In this document: one piece after another, positions 54,432 to 64,000 of the stretch
Position numbering within the stretch: the stretch's first letter is position 1
Layout: each line of letters opens with the position of its first letter
Origin: a virus
Taxonomy: Duplodnaviria > Caudoviricetes
Virus record (IMG/VR): IMGVR_UViG_3300031716_000007
Span: 7,075 to 71,074 of that record
Strand: one strand, 5' to 3'
DNA: 64,000 bases
Notes under the pieces: generated by a model
The model's database searches: none
The model's input: only the letters and a program-made list of their open reading frames with translations
Told to the model about the DNA's origin: nothing
Made by a program: the position numbers and the translations under genes

Positions 54432-56117
54432 ATGAGAGTTTGGACTGAGAACGAGAAAGCAATTGTTAAATGCGACTTTGCTGAAAAAGAAATCGTTAAA
54501 GCCATTGGTGATTACAAATTTGACAAGGTAACGAAGACTTGGCAGTTCCCGCTTAACCGCCTACCAAAAATAATCGATAGCCTAAAGATAGAGTTCACGC
54601 CAGAAACTAAGGTCGTTTACGACCGTCTTTGCCAAGAGAAGTTAGAGTGGCATTCAAGAGTTAATCTGGCTAACGATATCAAGTCAGGCATGTTTTACCA
54701 CAAACAAAAAGAAGAAGATTGGATCTTTAAAGTTGGGCTAAATAAGCTTAACTTAGATGACCTCATGGTCCATCAACTTCAGATGCTTGAGCTCGGTGTT
54801 TTATTTGGATCCTACGCGTTTTTCGCGGAGCCGGGCTGCGGAAAAACGCTCACCGCAATTCGATTAATTGAATACTTTCCAAAGCCGGCCATCGTTGTCG
54901 CTCCGCTATCAACTCTTGAAAATGTGTGGATGAGAGAATTCGAGAAATGGTCGAAAGTTACGACTCCTGGAAAGAAGAGTCAATTCCCTAACAGGCTCAC
55001 AATTTGCAACTTATACCATAATTTATCGGAACTCAAAGAAGATCGTGATGTATATCTTATTAATTATGAACATTTTAAGATATTAGCAAAGGACTTTCCG
55101 GATAAAAAATTCGAAACTATTGTTATTGATGAGTCGTCTCGGATGCGGTCAAACACATCGGAAACGACCAAAACGCTGTTATCTTATCGGAAAAAAATTA
55201 ACCACAGATTCATCCTCACCGGCACACCTGCACCAAACAACCTCATGGAATATCACGGCCAAATGACCATGATTAATGACCAGATTTTTCCAGAAAACTT
55301 CTATCAATTCCGCAACACTTATTTTACTCCGATTGGTTATGGCGGATTTAAGTACGTTCCTAAAAGCGGCGCCAAAGATGCCATTATGAACAAGATCGGT
55401 CTGCAAGCGTTTTCGATTCGTAAAGAGGATTGCTTTGATTTGCCTGAAAAAGTCTTTGAGGAACGTGCTATTTATTTAGAAAAAGTGCAAGAGAAGGCGT
55501 ATGACGAAATGCTGCGAGAGAACATCTTAGAGTTTGACGAACATGTCACCCTGGCCCAAAACGAGCTGGTTAAATTAATGAAACTTCGCCAGATCACTTC
55601 CGGATGGACCATTACAACCGAAGGCATCCCGGTCTTAATTTCAAAATCCAAGATCAAAGCTTTGCTTGAGCTTTTAGATGAAATCCCCGCGGAGCAGCAA
55701 GTCATCATATTTTGTCAATTTCATTTTGAGATCAATGAGCTCAAGAAAGAATTAGGCGAGTGTTCTACCTATTACGGCCAGATGGATGACAAAGAAAAAG
55801 AGAAATCGCTTAATTTATGGTTAGAGAAAAAAACACGTGTTCTCTTGGCGCATCCTAAGACCGGAGGGATCGGGTTGAATCTTCAACAGGCGAATTATAT
55901 GATTTGGTTTAGCCTGTCTTATTCCCAGGAAGAATTCACTCAGGCATGCGATCGAATTTATCGTAAAGGTCAAAAGAACAAATGCACATACTTTGTATTG
56001 CTGGCGCAGCGCGAAGAAGAGAAGTCCGTCAAAGACAAAACAATTGATAAGATCATTTATGAAGTGGTTCAAGATAAACAAGACCTCATGCAAGCATGCA
56101 TGGCAATGTTGAAATGA
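54432..56117 (+). CDS. SNF2-family (superfamily 2) helicase
   Basis: AEPGCGKT, VIDESS, LTGTPAPN, GGIGLNLQ, QACDRIYRKGQ. Confidence 0.92.
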   Translation: MRVWTENEKAIVKCDFAEKEIVKAIGDYKFDKVTKTWQFPLNRLPKIIDSLKIEFTPETKVVYDRLCQEKLEWHSRVNLANDIKSGMFYHKQKEEDWIFKVGLNKLNLDDLMVHQLQMLELGVLFGSYAFFAEPGCGKTLTAIRLIEYFPKPAIVVAPLSTLENVWMREFEKWSKVTTPGKKSQFPNRLTICNLYHNLSELKEDRDVYLINYEHFKILAKDFPDKKFETIVIDESSRMRSNTSETTKTLLSYRKKINHRFILTGTPAPNNLMEYHGQMTMINDQIFPENFYQFRNTYFTPIGYGGFKYVPKSGAKDAIMNKIGLQAFSIRKEDCFDLPEKVFEERAIYLEKVQEKAYDEMLRENILEFDEHVTLAQNELVKLMKLRQITSGWTITTEGIPVLISKSKIKALLELLDEIPAEQQVIIFCQFHFEINELKKELGECSTYYGQMDDKEKEKSLNLWLEKKTRVLLAHPKTGGIGLNLQQANYMIWFSLSYSQEEFTQACDRIYRKGQKNKCTYFVLLAQREEEKSVKDKTIDKIIYEVVQDKQDLMQACMAMLK

Positions 56118-56173
56118 AGTTCGCAAAAAAATTTAAACTCATGATTTAATGTTATTTTAATCTTATTTTAATA

Positions 56174-56672
56174 ATGGGAAAATACAGCATAAAGAATTGG
56201 CAACGCGGCGACACGCTATTTGGCGACGGAGGAATTTTTGAAGTTGTTCATATCGACCATGAAAAAAAGAAAATTTGCGTGATGAATTGCACGCGCAATA
56301 CTCTAATAACAACCGATTTTGCTAACGTAACAACATTAAGAAAGGTGAAAAAACATGGACGAAGATGAACAAATCGATTGGAAACAAGATCGACCAGCAG
56401 CATGGAATCCAAACTTAAATGCTGATAACAAAATCATTGATTTTAACTGGGAGGGTGCTGACTAAATGAGAGTCGCAGACGCTAAAACATTATTAGAGTA
56501 CATTGATCAAGCCGATTTTAACCCAAATGATTGGGAAGAGAGTTTTTTAGAAAGTATTCACATGCAAGTTGAGCAAGGTCGCGATTTGTCACAGAAGCAA
56601 ACGGAATCTTTAGAGAGAATTTACGAGAAAGCTTCGGGCGGGGGAATGTACGAAAGAAAAGAACGTATATGA
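56174..56672 (+). CDS. Small hypothetical ORFs (56174-56368, 56355-56465, 56466-56672)
   Basis: Tightly packed with RBSs. Confidence 0.45.
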
Positions 56673-58138
56673 TTGACGCATTATTCGTACACCCTAATGC
56701 TTCGAGGAAAATTTATCAAGACCTCTCAAAAGATTTTTCTGCAATAGAGCCGCCAATTTGGGCCGGCATGTTAGCGCAGCATTGCCGCGACAAAGGGTTT
56801 AAAGTTCAGATTCTAGATTGTGAAGCCATGCAATATGACGACGACCAAGCGGCGCACGTTATTGCGTCAATGAAGCCACGGGTCGCTTGTTTCGTCGTCT
56901 ATGGTCAGCAGCCAAGCGCGTCCACACAGAATATGGAAGGCGCAACGTCGTTATCAAAACGGTTACGCGAACTCCATCCTCAAATAAAAATCCTCTTTGT
57001 TGGTGGCCACGTCTCAGCATTGCCCGTTGAAACAATGAACAAACATCCGGAGATTGATTTCTGTTGCACAAATGAAGGCGTTTATACAATCTCTGAGTTA
57101 TTAGCCACAGATTTAGAAGCGGCGAAGATCAGTGTTAAGGGTTTAGTGTTTCGATGGGAAGATGCGAAGATCCAAACAGTTCCTATGCCGGTTGTCCCTA
57201 AAGAAAGATTGCATTTTGATTTGCCTGGCATCGCATGGGATCTTTTGCCAATTAAGAAATATCGCACGGCGCTGTGGCATTCATACACGAATGGTTGTGA
57301 CCGCGGCAACTTTGCGTCGATCTACACGTCACTCGGGTGTCCTTATTCATGTTCGTTTTGTTGTATCAATGCACCGTTTGATAAGAGACAGTTTCGTTTT
57401 TGGAGCCCAAATAAGATGTTTTATCATTTCGATACTCTAGCCAATGCCGGAGTTAAGAATTTAAAAATAGCCGACGAGATGTTTGTTTTAAACCCTGAGC
57501 ACTTCATGAACATTTGTAAAATTTTGATTGAAGGACATTATAATTTTAACATTTGGTGTTATGCCAGAATTGACACAATTAAACCGGATTATTTAGAAAT
57601 AATGAAAAAGGCGGGGATTAATTGGGTTGGATTAGGAATTGAATCTGGCGTCAAGAAAGTGAGGAGTGATGTCGTTAAAGGAAGGTTTGAAGAAGTGGAT
57701 ATTAGACAAGTGGTGGGTATGGTGCGTGGTAGCGGAATTAACGTGGCTGCTAATTATATTTTTGGTCTTCCAGAAGATACTTTTGATAGCATGCAACAAA
57801 CTTTCGACCTTGCCTTAGAGCTAAACACCCCTATGGCGAATTTTTATTCTTGTATGGCTTATCCTGGAAGTCCGCTTTACAATCAAGCTGTTGCCAACGG
57901 CCTTAAACTTCCAGACTCTTATGCTGGGTTTTCGCAACACTCTTATGAATGTCAACCTTTACCAACAAGATATTTATCCGCCGAGCAGGTGCTTAAGTTC
58001 CGCGACTTCGCGTGGCGCAAATATCATTCCGAACCGGATTTTCAAAATATGATTAAAGAGAATTTCGGCGACGCAGCGGTGGATCAGATCAACGATTCGT
58101 TAAAAATCAAGTTAAAAAGAAAGATTTTGGGAGATTAA
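56669..58138 (+). CDS. Cobalamin-dependent radical SAM enzyme (class B methylase-like)
   Basis: N-terminal B12-binding domain (EPPIWAGMLA...GGHVSALP), SLGCPYSCSFC CxxxCxxC, GIESG, YIFGLPEDT. Confidence 0.9.
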   Translation: MIDALFVHPNASRKIYQDLSKDFSAIEPPIWAGMLAQHCRDKGFKVQILDCEAMQYDDDQAAHVIASMKPRVACFVVYGQQPSASTQNMEGATSLSKRLRELHPQIKILFVGGHVSALPVETMNKHPEIDFCCTNEGVYTISELLATDLEAAKISVKGLVFRWEDAKIQTVPMPVVPKERLHFDLPGIAWDLLPIKKYRTALWHSYTNGCDRGNFASIYTSLGCPYSCSFCCINAPFDKRQFRFWSPNKMFYHFDTLANAGVKNLKIADEMFVLNPEHFMNICKILIEGHYNFNIWCYARIDTIKPDYLEIMKKAGINWVGLGIESGVKKVRSDVVKGRFEEVDIRQVVGMVRGSGINVAANYIFGLPEDTFDSMQQTFDLALELNTPMANFYSCMAYPGSPLYNQAVANGLKLPDSYAGFSQHSYECQPLPTRYLSAEQVLKFRDFAWRKYHSEPDFQNMIKENFGDAAVDQINDSLKIKLKRKILGD

Positions 58139-58140
58139 TA

Positions 58141-59244
58141 ATGATATTGTCAGAAGCAGCTAATCGCTTGACCGGACAACCCATGTTTAAACTCATGGAT
58201 GAGATTCGTCGCCGCGAGGCTGCGGGGCAAGACTTTGTTCATTTTGAAATTGGCGATCCTGATTTTAATTCCCCACTGATTGCTAAAGCTCAATTAGTTG
58301 ATGCGATGATTAAGAATAAAACTCATTATTCCTCATCACAAGGGCTATTGGCGCTTCGAGAAGAGATTGCGGATTTTCATGGCAGAATTAATAATTTTAC
58401 TAAACCAATTAAGGCGAGTCAAGTTGTTATTGCTCCGGGTTGCAATCCTCTTATTTATGCTGTTTTAAAATGTATTTGCGCACAGGGTTTGACTGTTGGA
58501 GTACCTGATCCCGGATTCCCAACATACGAATCGATTTGCAATCTTTTAAATTTGCCTCGCGTTTATCAAGAGATCGGGGACGTTCATATTATTAACTCTC
58601 CGTCAAACCCAAAAGGGTACGTGGAATGTTATGGCACGCTTAAAACATTTGCTAAGATTGCTAATTTATACAATCATTTTATTGTTTCCGATGAGATTTA
58701 TCAGTTGGTGACTTATAACGGTAGCCCGGCACCGTCAATCTCTGCCTTCGATCAAGAATTTAAAAATACCGCAGTCATTAGCGGATATTCAAAAGCGTTT
58801 TCAATGGCTGGATGGCGCATTGGGTATATGATCTCTAATGAAGAGCTTTGCGAAAAAGTCACTCTTCTTCTTCAATCAATTATTTCCGCAACATGTACAT
58901 TCACGCAGCACGCTTGTCTTGGATTATTAAAACAATTCCCTCAAGAGTATTTCGAGAATATGGAAGAACTGAGAAAAAGACGCGACCTTTTGGTCAACGG
59001 ACTAAATTCCATTCATGGCGTTTCGTGTCCTATGCCAGAGGGAGCGACTTATGTATTCCCCAACATTCAAGAAACAGGACGAAACTCTTCTGAAGTTACA
59101 CAGTTATTACTCGATTGTGGCGTTGCGGTATTGCCTGGCAGCGATTTTGGCAGTGCGGGAGAAGGACACATCCGCCTCGCCTATTGCACGTCGCAAGAAA
59201 AAATCAAACAAGGAATCGAACGAATTAAGAAAGCCTTATCATGA
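58141..59244 (+). CDS. PLP-dependent aminotransferase class I/II
   Basis: FEIGDPDF, INSPSNPKG, SDEIY, SKAFSMAGWRIGY (PLP Lys). Confidence 0.9.
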   Translation: MILSEAANRLTGQPMFKLMDEIRRREAAGQDFVHFEIGDPDFNSPLIAKAQLVDAMIKNKTHYSSSQGLLALREEIADFHGRINNFTKPIKASQVVIAPGCNPLIYAVLKCICAQGLTVGVPDPGFPTYESICNLLNLPRVYQEIGDVHIINSPSNPKGYVECYGTLKTFAKIANLYNHFIVSDEIYQLVTYNGSPAPSISAFDQEFKNTAVISGYSKAFSMAGWRIGYMISNEELCEKVTLLLQSIISATCTFTQHACLGLLKQFPQEYFENMEELRKRRDLLVNGLNSIHGVSCPMPEGATYVFPNIQETGRNSSEVTQLLLDCGVAVLPGSDFGSAGEGHIRLAYCTSQEKIKQGIERIKKALS

Positions 59245-59624
59245 GCGACAAAGAATACAAAAGAAAACATTACCAGGAAAATAAAGATAAATATAAAACC
59301 TCTTATAAGGAATTTATTAAGAGAAATCCCTGGTACCATTCATTTCGCGACGCGCGACGCCGCTGCGAAGATCCGCGGACACAGAACTACTCTTCTTATG
59401 GTGGACGTGGGATTAAGTTTCTCTTAACGCATTTAGAATGCGCGGCATTATGGGAACGAGACAAGGCGTATACGATGGAATGCCCGTCGATTGATCGCAT
59501 CGATCATGACGGACATCATGAAGTAACCAATTGCCGATTTATTGAATTCTATGAAAACATTAACCGACGGTGGCAAGACAGAGAAGTCGTGGCTGTCCCA
59601 GAGACGCAAGACTGGGAGGAATAA
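59241..59624 (+). CDS. HNH-like endonuclease
   Basis: RRRCE...YSSYGGRGIKF...SIDRIDHDGHHEVTNCRFI. Confidence 0.75.
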   Translation: MSDKEYKRKHYQENKDKYKTSYKEFIKRNPWYHSFRDARRRCEDPRTQNYSSYGGRGIKFLLTHLECAALWERDKAYTMECPSIDRIDHDGHHEVTNCRFIEFYENINRRWQDREVVAVPETQDWEE

Positions 59625-61538
59625 ATGAAGGTCGCAGATTATATCATCCAAACGTTAGAAGATCATGGCATATCACATGCCTTCTTGGTGTATGGAGCGG
59701 CGAACGGAAGTCTCGTCGATGCGTTTACAAGAATGAAAAATATTAAATATGTTTGTGCGCAGCATGAACAAGCGGCCGGTTTTATGGCCGAAGGATACGC
59801 AAAAGTTTCTGGTAATTTTGGGGTCGCGATCGCGACATCCGGGCCAGGCGGAATGAATTTAGTCACACCAATAGGAAATTGTTTCTACGATTCAGTGCCG
59901 TGCCTATTCTTAACTGGACAAGTCAAGACACAGTTCATGCGGCCAGATGATTCCATCCGACAAATCGGATTCCAAGAGACAGACATTGTTTCTATCGTCA
60001 CGCCAATTACAAAATATGCGGTTATGATTACTGATGCGAAAGATGTCCCGACGGAATTGGAAAAAGCTATTGCAATCATGAAATCCGGCCGGCCGGGTCC
60101 AGTTCTTATTGATCTTCCAATCGATGTTCAAAAGGCTGACATAAAAGTTAAACATTCATATCGTAGAGAAATGAAAACACCATTACCATCGGTGGCTAAT
60201 CATTGCCGAATGTTATTAAACGCAATTAAGAATTCTAAGCGCCCTTATATTCTTGTTGGCGGAGGCGCGCGACGCGCGATTATGGGGATCAAATATATTA
60301 GTGATAAATTTAACATCCCTGTTTCTCCGACATGGAATGCGATTGATTTGGTCACGTCTGATTGGCCGAACTATGCCGGCCGCGTAGGAACCTATGGCGG
60401 TGATGGACGGAATTTTGGTATTCAGAATTGTGACCTTTTAATTTGTATTGGGACCAGAATCTCTGGGCGTATCACCGGCGGGGATCCGGAAAGCTTTGCG
60501 CGCAGTGCTAAGAAATGGGTGATTGATATTGATAAATCCAATGACGAAGCGTTAAAATCTCAAGGCATTAAGATTGATAATTTTATTCATGCCGACGCTA
60601 ATCATTTCCTTCATGAGTTTGTTGATTTCGTTGAGAAAAACGTGGATAAACAGAATCGATTGTTAGACGGATATTTTGATAAATGGATGATTCAATGTTT
60701 AGCGTGGAAAGAACGCTACGACCCAGTGAAGCTGCATCTGGCATCAGAGCATGAATATGTTAATCCTTATGCGTTCATGCGCATGTTATCCAATCTATGT
60801 GGACCCCATGACATTATCGTGAGCGATTGCGGAGGGAATCAAGTTATTTTTGCTCATTCTTTTAAAACAAAAGATGGACAGCGATGTTTTACAAATAATG
60901 GTAATTCTCCGATGGGATTTTCAATGTGCGGGGCGATGGGAGCTTGGTTTGCACAAACAAAAAAACAACCAAGCCCTTTAATGGATAAGCTTATTGATTC
61001 ATGTAATCTCACCCAGTTCACTCTACCAGGAGAAAATTTAACTGTAAAAGAATGGTATCCGAATGTTATTTGCATTATCGGAGATGGTGGCATGCAGATG
61101 AACATCCAAGAGCTTCAGACAATGAAAAATTATGGGATTAATATTAAAGTCATTGTTTTAAACAATCATATTTATGGGATTACAAAAGCATTTCAGAAAG
61201 TTAATTTTGAAGGCCGCGCGGAAGCATGCGAACCGCCTCATTACACGGTCCCTGATTTTGCTAAAATCGCTTCATCTTATGGAATATCAAACATCTCTAT
61301 TCATAAGAATGAGGATATTAACATCGCGCTTCAACAGTTCTTAAAAATGCCTGGCCCGTCGATCATGGATGTAAATTGCCACGACTGGCATGAATATTAT
61401 CCCAAAATATCTGGATGGAAGACTCCGATTGAAGATATGGAACCATTACTATCCAATGAAGAGTTCATCAATAATATGTTAATCCCAATATCTAAAACAT
61501 CAAAATGTGCGAGAGGACTCATTCATGTCGATAAATAA
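59625..61538 (+). CDS. ThDP-dependent acetolactate-synthase-like enzyme (YerE-like candidate)
   Basis: HEQAAGFMAEGYA, TSGPG, ThDP motif GDGGMQMNIQEL...NNH.YG. Confidence 0.9.
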   Translation: MKVADYIIQTLEDHGISHAFLVYGAANGSLVDAFTRMKNIKYVCAQHEQAAGFMAEGYAKVSGNFGVAIATSGPGGMNLVTPIGNCFYDSVPCLFLTGQVKTQFMRPDDSIRQIGFQETDIVSIVTPITKYAVMITDAKDVPTELEKAIAIMKSGRPGPVLIDLPIDVQKADIKVKHSYRREMKTPLPSVANHCRMLLNAIKNSKRPYILVGGGARRAIMGIKYISDKFNIPVSPTWNAIDLVTSDWPNYAGRVGTYGGDGRNFGIQNCDLLICIGTRISGRITGGDPESFARSAKKWVIDIDKSNDEALKSQGIKIDNFIHADANHFLHEFVDFVEKNVDKQNRLLDGYFDKWMIQCLAWKERYDPVKLHLASEHEYVNPYAFMRMLSNLCGPHDIIVSDCGGNQVIFAHSFKTKDGQRCFTNNGNSPMGFSMCGAMGAWFAQTKKQPSPLMDKLIDSCNLTQFTLPGENLTVKEWYPNVICIIGDGGMQMNIQELQTMKNYGINIKVIVLNNHIYGITKAFQKVNFEGRAEACEPPHYTVPDFAKIASSYGISNISIHKNEDINIALQQFLKMPGPSIMDVNCHDWHEYYPKISGWKTPIEDMEPLLSNEEFINNMLIPISKTSKCARGLIHVDK

Positions 61539-62286
61539 GCCGTGTGATTGCATGGAATTTATGGGTTGCCATAAAAAACAAGTTAGAGTCAAAAATGTTA
61601 TATCAGAAGAATTATTTTGCGATCATTGCTCCAATCAATTAGATCTTTCCAGAGACATTTATCAAGACATTGTTTTAGGTGTTGATTTCGAACTTGGAAT
61701 GTTTCAGTTTTCTGATCAGCATCAACAAGCCTTAGCCAGAATTTTAGATATGATTAATGATATTAATGATCTAAAAATATTGGAAATCGGATGCTGGCTT
61801 GGTCAATCAACAAATGTCATTGCAGATTTTGTTAAAAATAAAGGCAGAGGAAGTGCGATCATTCATATTATCGATACTTTCGAAGGCTCTCCTCAAACCG
61901 ATTTAGTAAGAAGAGCTAAAATTAATAATATTGAAAGACAGTTCAAGACAAACATGTATCTTTCCGGAAATAAAAAATTATTGAGAATCCACAAAGCCAA
62001 ATCGCAAGAAATTAGTCATTTATTTGAAGAGAATTCATTAGATTTTATCTTTATCGACGGGGACCATCGATATGATTTTATCAAACAAGACATTGAATTA
62101 TATTATCCAAAATTAAAAAATGGTGGGATCATTTGTGGACACGATTATGAAGGTCGAGAATATAATGAAGAATTCATTCACGAGGATTTTGTGGAAAATC
62201 GTCATAACGGTGTGATAAAAGCTGTAAACGAATTTTTTAAAGACGAAGTTAATCAAGATTTTGTATTTTGGTGGCACAAGAAATAG
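61525..62286 (+). CDS. Class I SAM methyltransferase (Methyltransf_24-like) with N-terminal Cys cluster
   Basis: LEIGCWLGQST, IDTFEGS, LDFIFIDGDHRY, LKNGGIICGHDY; CDC...C...CDHC N-terminus. Confidence 0.85.
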   Translation: MSINKPCDCMEFMGCHKKQVRVKNVISEELFCDHCSNQLDLSRDIYQDIVLGVDFELGMFQFSDQHQQALARILDMINDINDLKILEIGCWLGQSTNVIADFVKNKGRGSAIIHIIDTFEGSPQTDLVRRAKINNIERQFKTNMYLSGNKKLLRIHKAKSQEISHLFEENSLDFIFIDGDHRYDFIKQDIELYYPKLKNGGIICGHDYEGREYNEEFIHEDFVENRHNGVIKAVNEFFKDEVNQDFVFWWHKK

Positions 62287-62298
62287 AATCCCAACTAC

Positions 62299-62643
62299 AT
62301 GAAAGAATCGCAACTTTATTCTCTTTTCAAGAATAAATTCTTGGAGAAAGAACCATCGGCTTTTATATATAAGATTCCGGACACAGCCGGACTGGGCGGG
62401 AAAAAGCCGTTTGATACTTATGTTTTAACAAGAGGGATCTCTTTTGCAATCGAATTCAAAATTAAGGGTAACAAGACAACGAAATATCAGGATTATCAAC
62501 TTAATAAATTTAACAGTGCCGGAGGATATGCGATCTCTTATATCCACGGCATTTCGTCTATTGAGAGCTTAGTGAAGACAATCTTGCATGTCACGGAAAA
62601 GCATCACAGCAATCATATGCTTAAATTTTTTTCATTTAATTAA
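62299..62643 (+). CDS. PD-(D/E)xK nuclease (Holliday junction resolvase / VRR-NUC-like)
   Basis: KIPD...KKPFD...AIEFK...Q...L...GG motifs. Confidence 0.75.
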   Translation: MKESQLYSLFKNKFLEKEPSAFIYKIPDTAGLGGKKPFDTYVLTRGISFAIEFKIKGNKTTKYQDYQLNKFNSAGGYAISYIHGISSIESLVKTILHVTEKHHSNHMLKFFSFN

Positions 62644-62663
62644 TAAAGAAAGGAGGAAAACGA

Positions 62664-63333
62664 ATGCTTAAAACATGGACAATGGTTGTTTCGTTAGACA
62701 ACAGTGTTTCATCGGTCCCGCTTTACGCAAGATGTATTCAGACAGCCGTTGCGATGGCAGCAAAAGAGATCGCGTCGCGCAGCGTATCTGATAAGCGTTT
62801 TGCAGAGGGAAAAATTGAGATTAAAGATCCTGACAATAATGTGGTTTATTTAATTCCACAATTAGGTCAAGGCAAAGCAATGTTTGTGACGAAGGAAGTC
62901 AAAAGAGAGGAAAAGGTTAATGCCTGAGAAAATTAATGAGCATGATCTTCTTAAAGCCGTAGCAGATGCTCGACTAAGTTGCGATCGATATAAAGCGCAA
63001 CTAGACGAAGCTGAAGCCATAAAAAAGAAGGCCGAAGAAGATCTCATTAAATTCCTGAAAGACAACGATTTAAAGGGATTTAAAAGTATCCCATTGAATC
63101 TAGAAGTCAACCAGAAGGATTTGCTCTATGTCAGCATCGAAGAGGGAAAAGAACAAGAAGCTATGATGTTTATTGATGAAGAACTTGGTCGATCAGATGT
63201 GATTAAAAGATCAGTTCATCATAAAACTCTGACTTCCCTAATTGGTGAGAGGTTTAAAAAAGGAGAGCATGTTCCGGATGGTTTGTTTAAACGTTTTTGG
63301 AAATCTTATTTAAACCTTCAGAAAATTAGTTAA
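62664..63333 (+). CDS. Two hypothetical ORFs (62664-62927; 62920-63333 coiled-coil)
   Basis: GGAGG RBS and coupling. Confidence 0.55.
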
Positions 63334-63343
63334 GGAGAGAACC

Positions 63344-64000
63344 ATGATGAACGCAAAAAAGAATGATCCCGTAATGGAAGAATCTCAATCACAACAAGTC
63401 GCTCCTGTGCAACAAAGCGCCGTCGCTTTGCAAAAGAGAGTGACCGGAGGTAAACCTCAAGGATTAGATGATGTGGATATGCAAACAGACTTGCAGATGC
63501 CACGCCTATCAGTCATCCAATTAACATCACGGTTAGTTCGATCAAGAAAAGCGGAAATTGGTGATTTATGTCATTCAATCACCGAGGAGAATTTTGGAAA
63601 AGAGTTAGAGTTCATTCCTCTCTTCATGTTTAAAAGTCGAGCACAGTTTGAAGTTGGCAAAGGCCTTGTTTTATTGTCTCGCGATAATAAGACCGTAGAC
63701 TTCGGCGCTGGTCAATATGAACAATATATTGGCAAAGATGTTTCAGAAGTTCCTCACATCAAAGATTCAAATGTTTCAGCTATTGACTGGGCTGGAAAAG
63801 AACCGCCATCATTTTCATTGGTCTATAACTTCTTAATTTTATTAAGAGGAGCAAGGGTTGAAGAGTTCCCAATGTTGTTATCTTTTATGCGTACCAGCGT
63901 CTCTGCGGCGAAAGATTTCATTTCGCTTATCACAATGGCCAATGAAGACACATTCGCCAGAGCGTATAAGATCGCCACGCATATTGAAGAGAATGATAAA
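63344..64000 (+). CDS. Replication/recombination-region protein (possible ssDNA-binding), truncated at the window edge
   Basis: My translation MMNAKKNDPVMEE...GLDDVDMQTDLQMPRLSVIQLTS... is open to the end; AAGGAG RBS. Function is inferred from context only. Confidence 0.55.
   Translation, partial: MMNAKKNDPVMEESQSQQVAPVQQSAVALQKRVTGGKPQGLDDVDMQTDLQMPRLSVIQLTSRLVRSRKAEIGDLCHSITEENFGKELEFIPLFMFKSRAQFEVGKGLVLLSRDNKTVDFGAGQYEQYIGKDVSEVPHIKDSNVSAIDWAGKEPPSFSLVYNFLILLRGARVEEFPMLLSFMRTSVSAAKDFISLITMANEDTFARAYKIATHIEENDK

Larger units (their letters stand above)
1..64000. mobile_element. Tailed dsDNA bacteriophage genome segment (siphovirus-like morphogenesis module plus early/replication arm)
   Basis: Terminase, portal, protease-capsid, tail tube, G/GT chaperones, tape measure and tail-tip genes occur in canonical order on the minus strand. 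A divergent arm carries small ORFs, helicase and nucleases. No host housekeeping operons seen. Confidence 0.97.

Noticed and set aside
59241-59624. HNH endonuclease as a novel component of the enzyme block
   Set aside because: Free-standing HNH genes are common insertions in phage genomes, and nothing links it functionally to its neighbours.
58141-61538. Auxiliary amino-acid biosynthesis genes (aspC, ilvB)
   Set aside because: No ilvH, ilvC or ilvD partners; the neighbours are a B12 radical SAM enzyme and an O-methyltransferase, which favours sugar or secondary modification. Gene symbols withheld.
1-64000. Alternative genetic code, tRNA genes, integrase/att site
   Set aside because: Genes translate full length and pack tightly under the standard bacterial code; no cloverleaf or recombinase motifs were recognised by eye.

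Overview
A 64-kb segment of a large tailed dsDNA phage (siphovirus-like; no integrase or rRNA/tRNA seen) with two divergent arms meeting at about 46.7-47.1 kb. The left arm (minus strand, transcribed from ~46.3 kb towards base 1) is a late operon: J-domain and GroES co-chaperones; a ~9-kb glycosyltransferase/methyltransferase/NDP-sugar cluster; three very large accessory virion-type proteins; TerS/TerL; portal; a fused protease-scaffold-major capsid protein; head-tail genes; tail tube; G/GT chaperones with a -1 frameshift; tape measure; and a GTA-like tail tip with four DUF2460-like paralogues. The right arm (plus strand) holds small early ORFs bracketed by two clusters of six DnaA-box-like 9-mers, an iteron-like inverted-repeat origin, a CHAP amidase, RNase H, an SNF2 helicase and a B12 radical SAM/aminotransferase/ThDP-enzyme/methyltransferase block. 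The standout feature is that nine structural genes carry codon-diversified poly-serine tracts, from 9 to about 525 residues. Three of these genes end in an S(n)T-stop tag, and two unrelated ones share an identical R-S11-T. They lie next to the glycosylation cluster, which suggests a phage-encoded system that builds a heavily O-glycosylated, methylated virion coat. This is inference and no searches were run. Other notable items are a covarying two-hairpin RNA element in two copies, a lipoate-ligase-like domain inserted in a virion-type protein, and repeated T4-gp21-like protease motifs.
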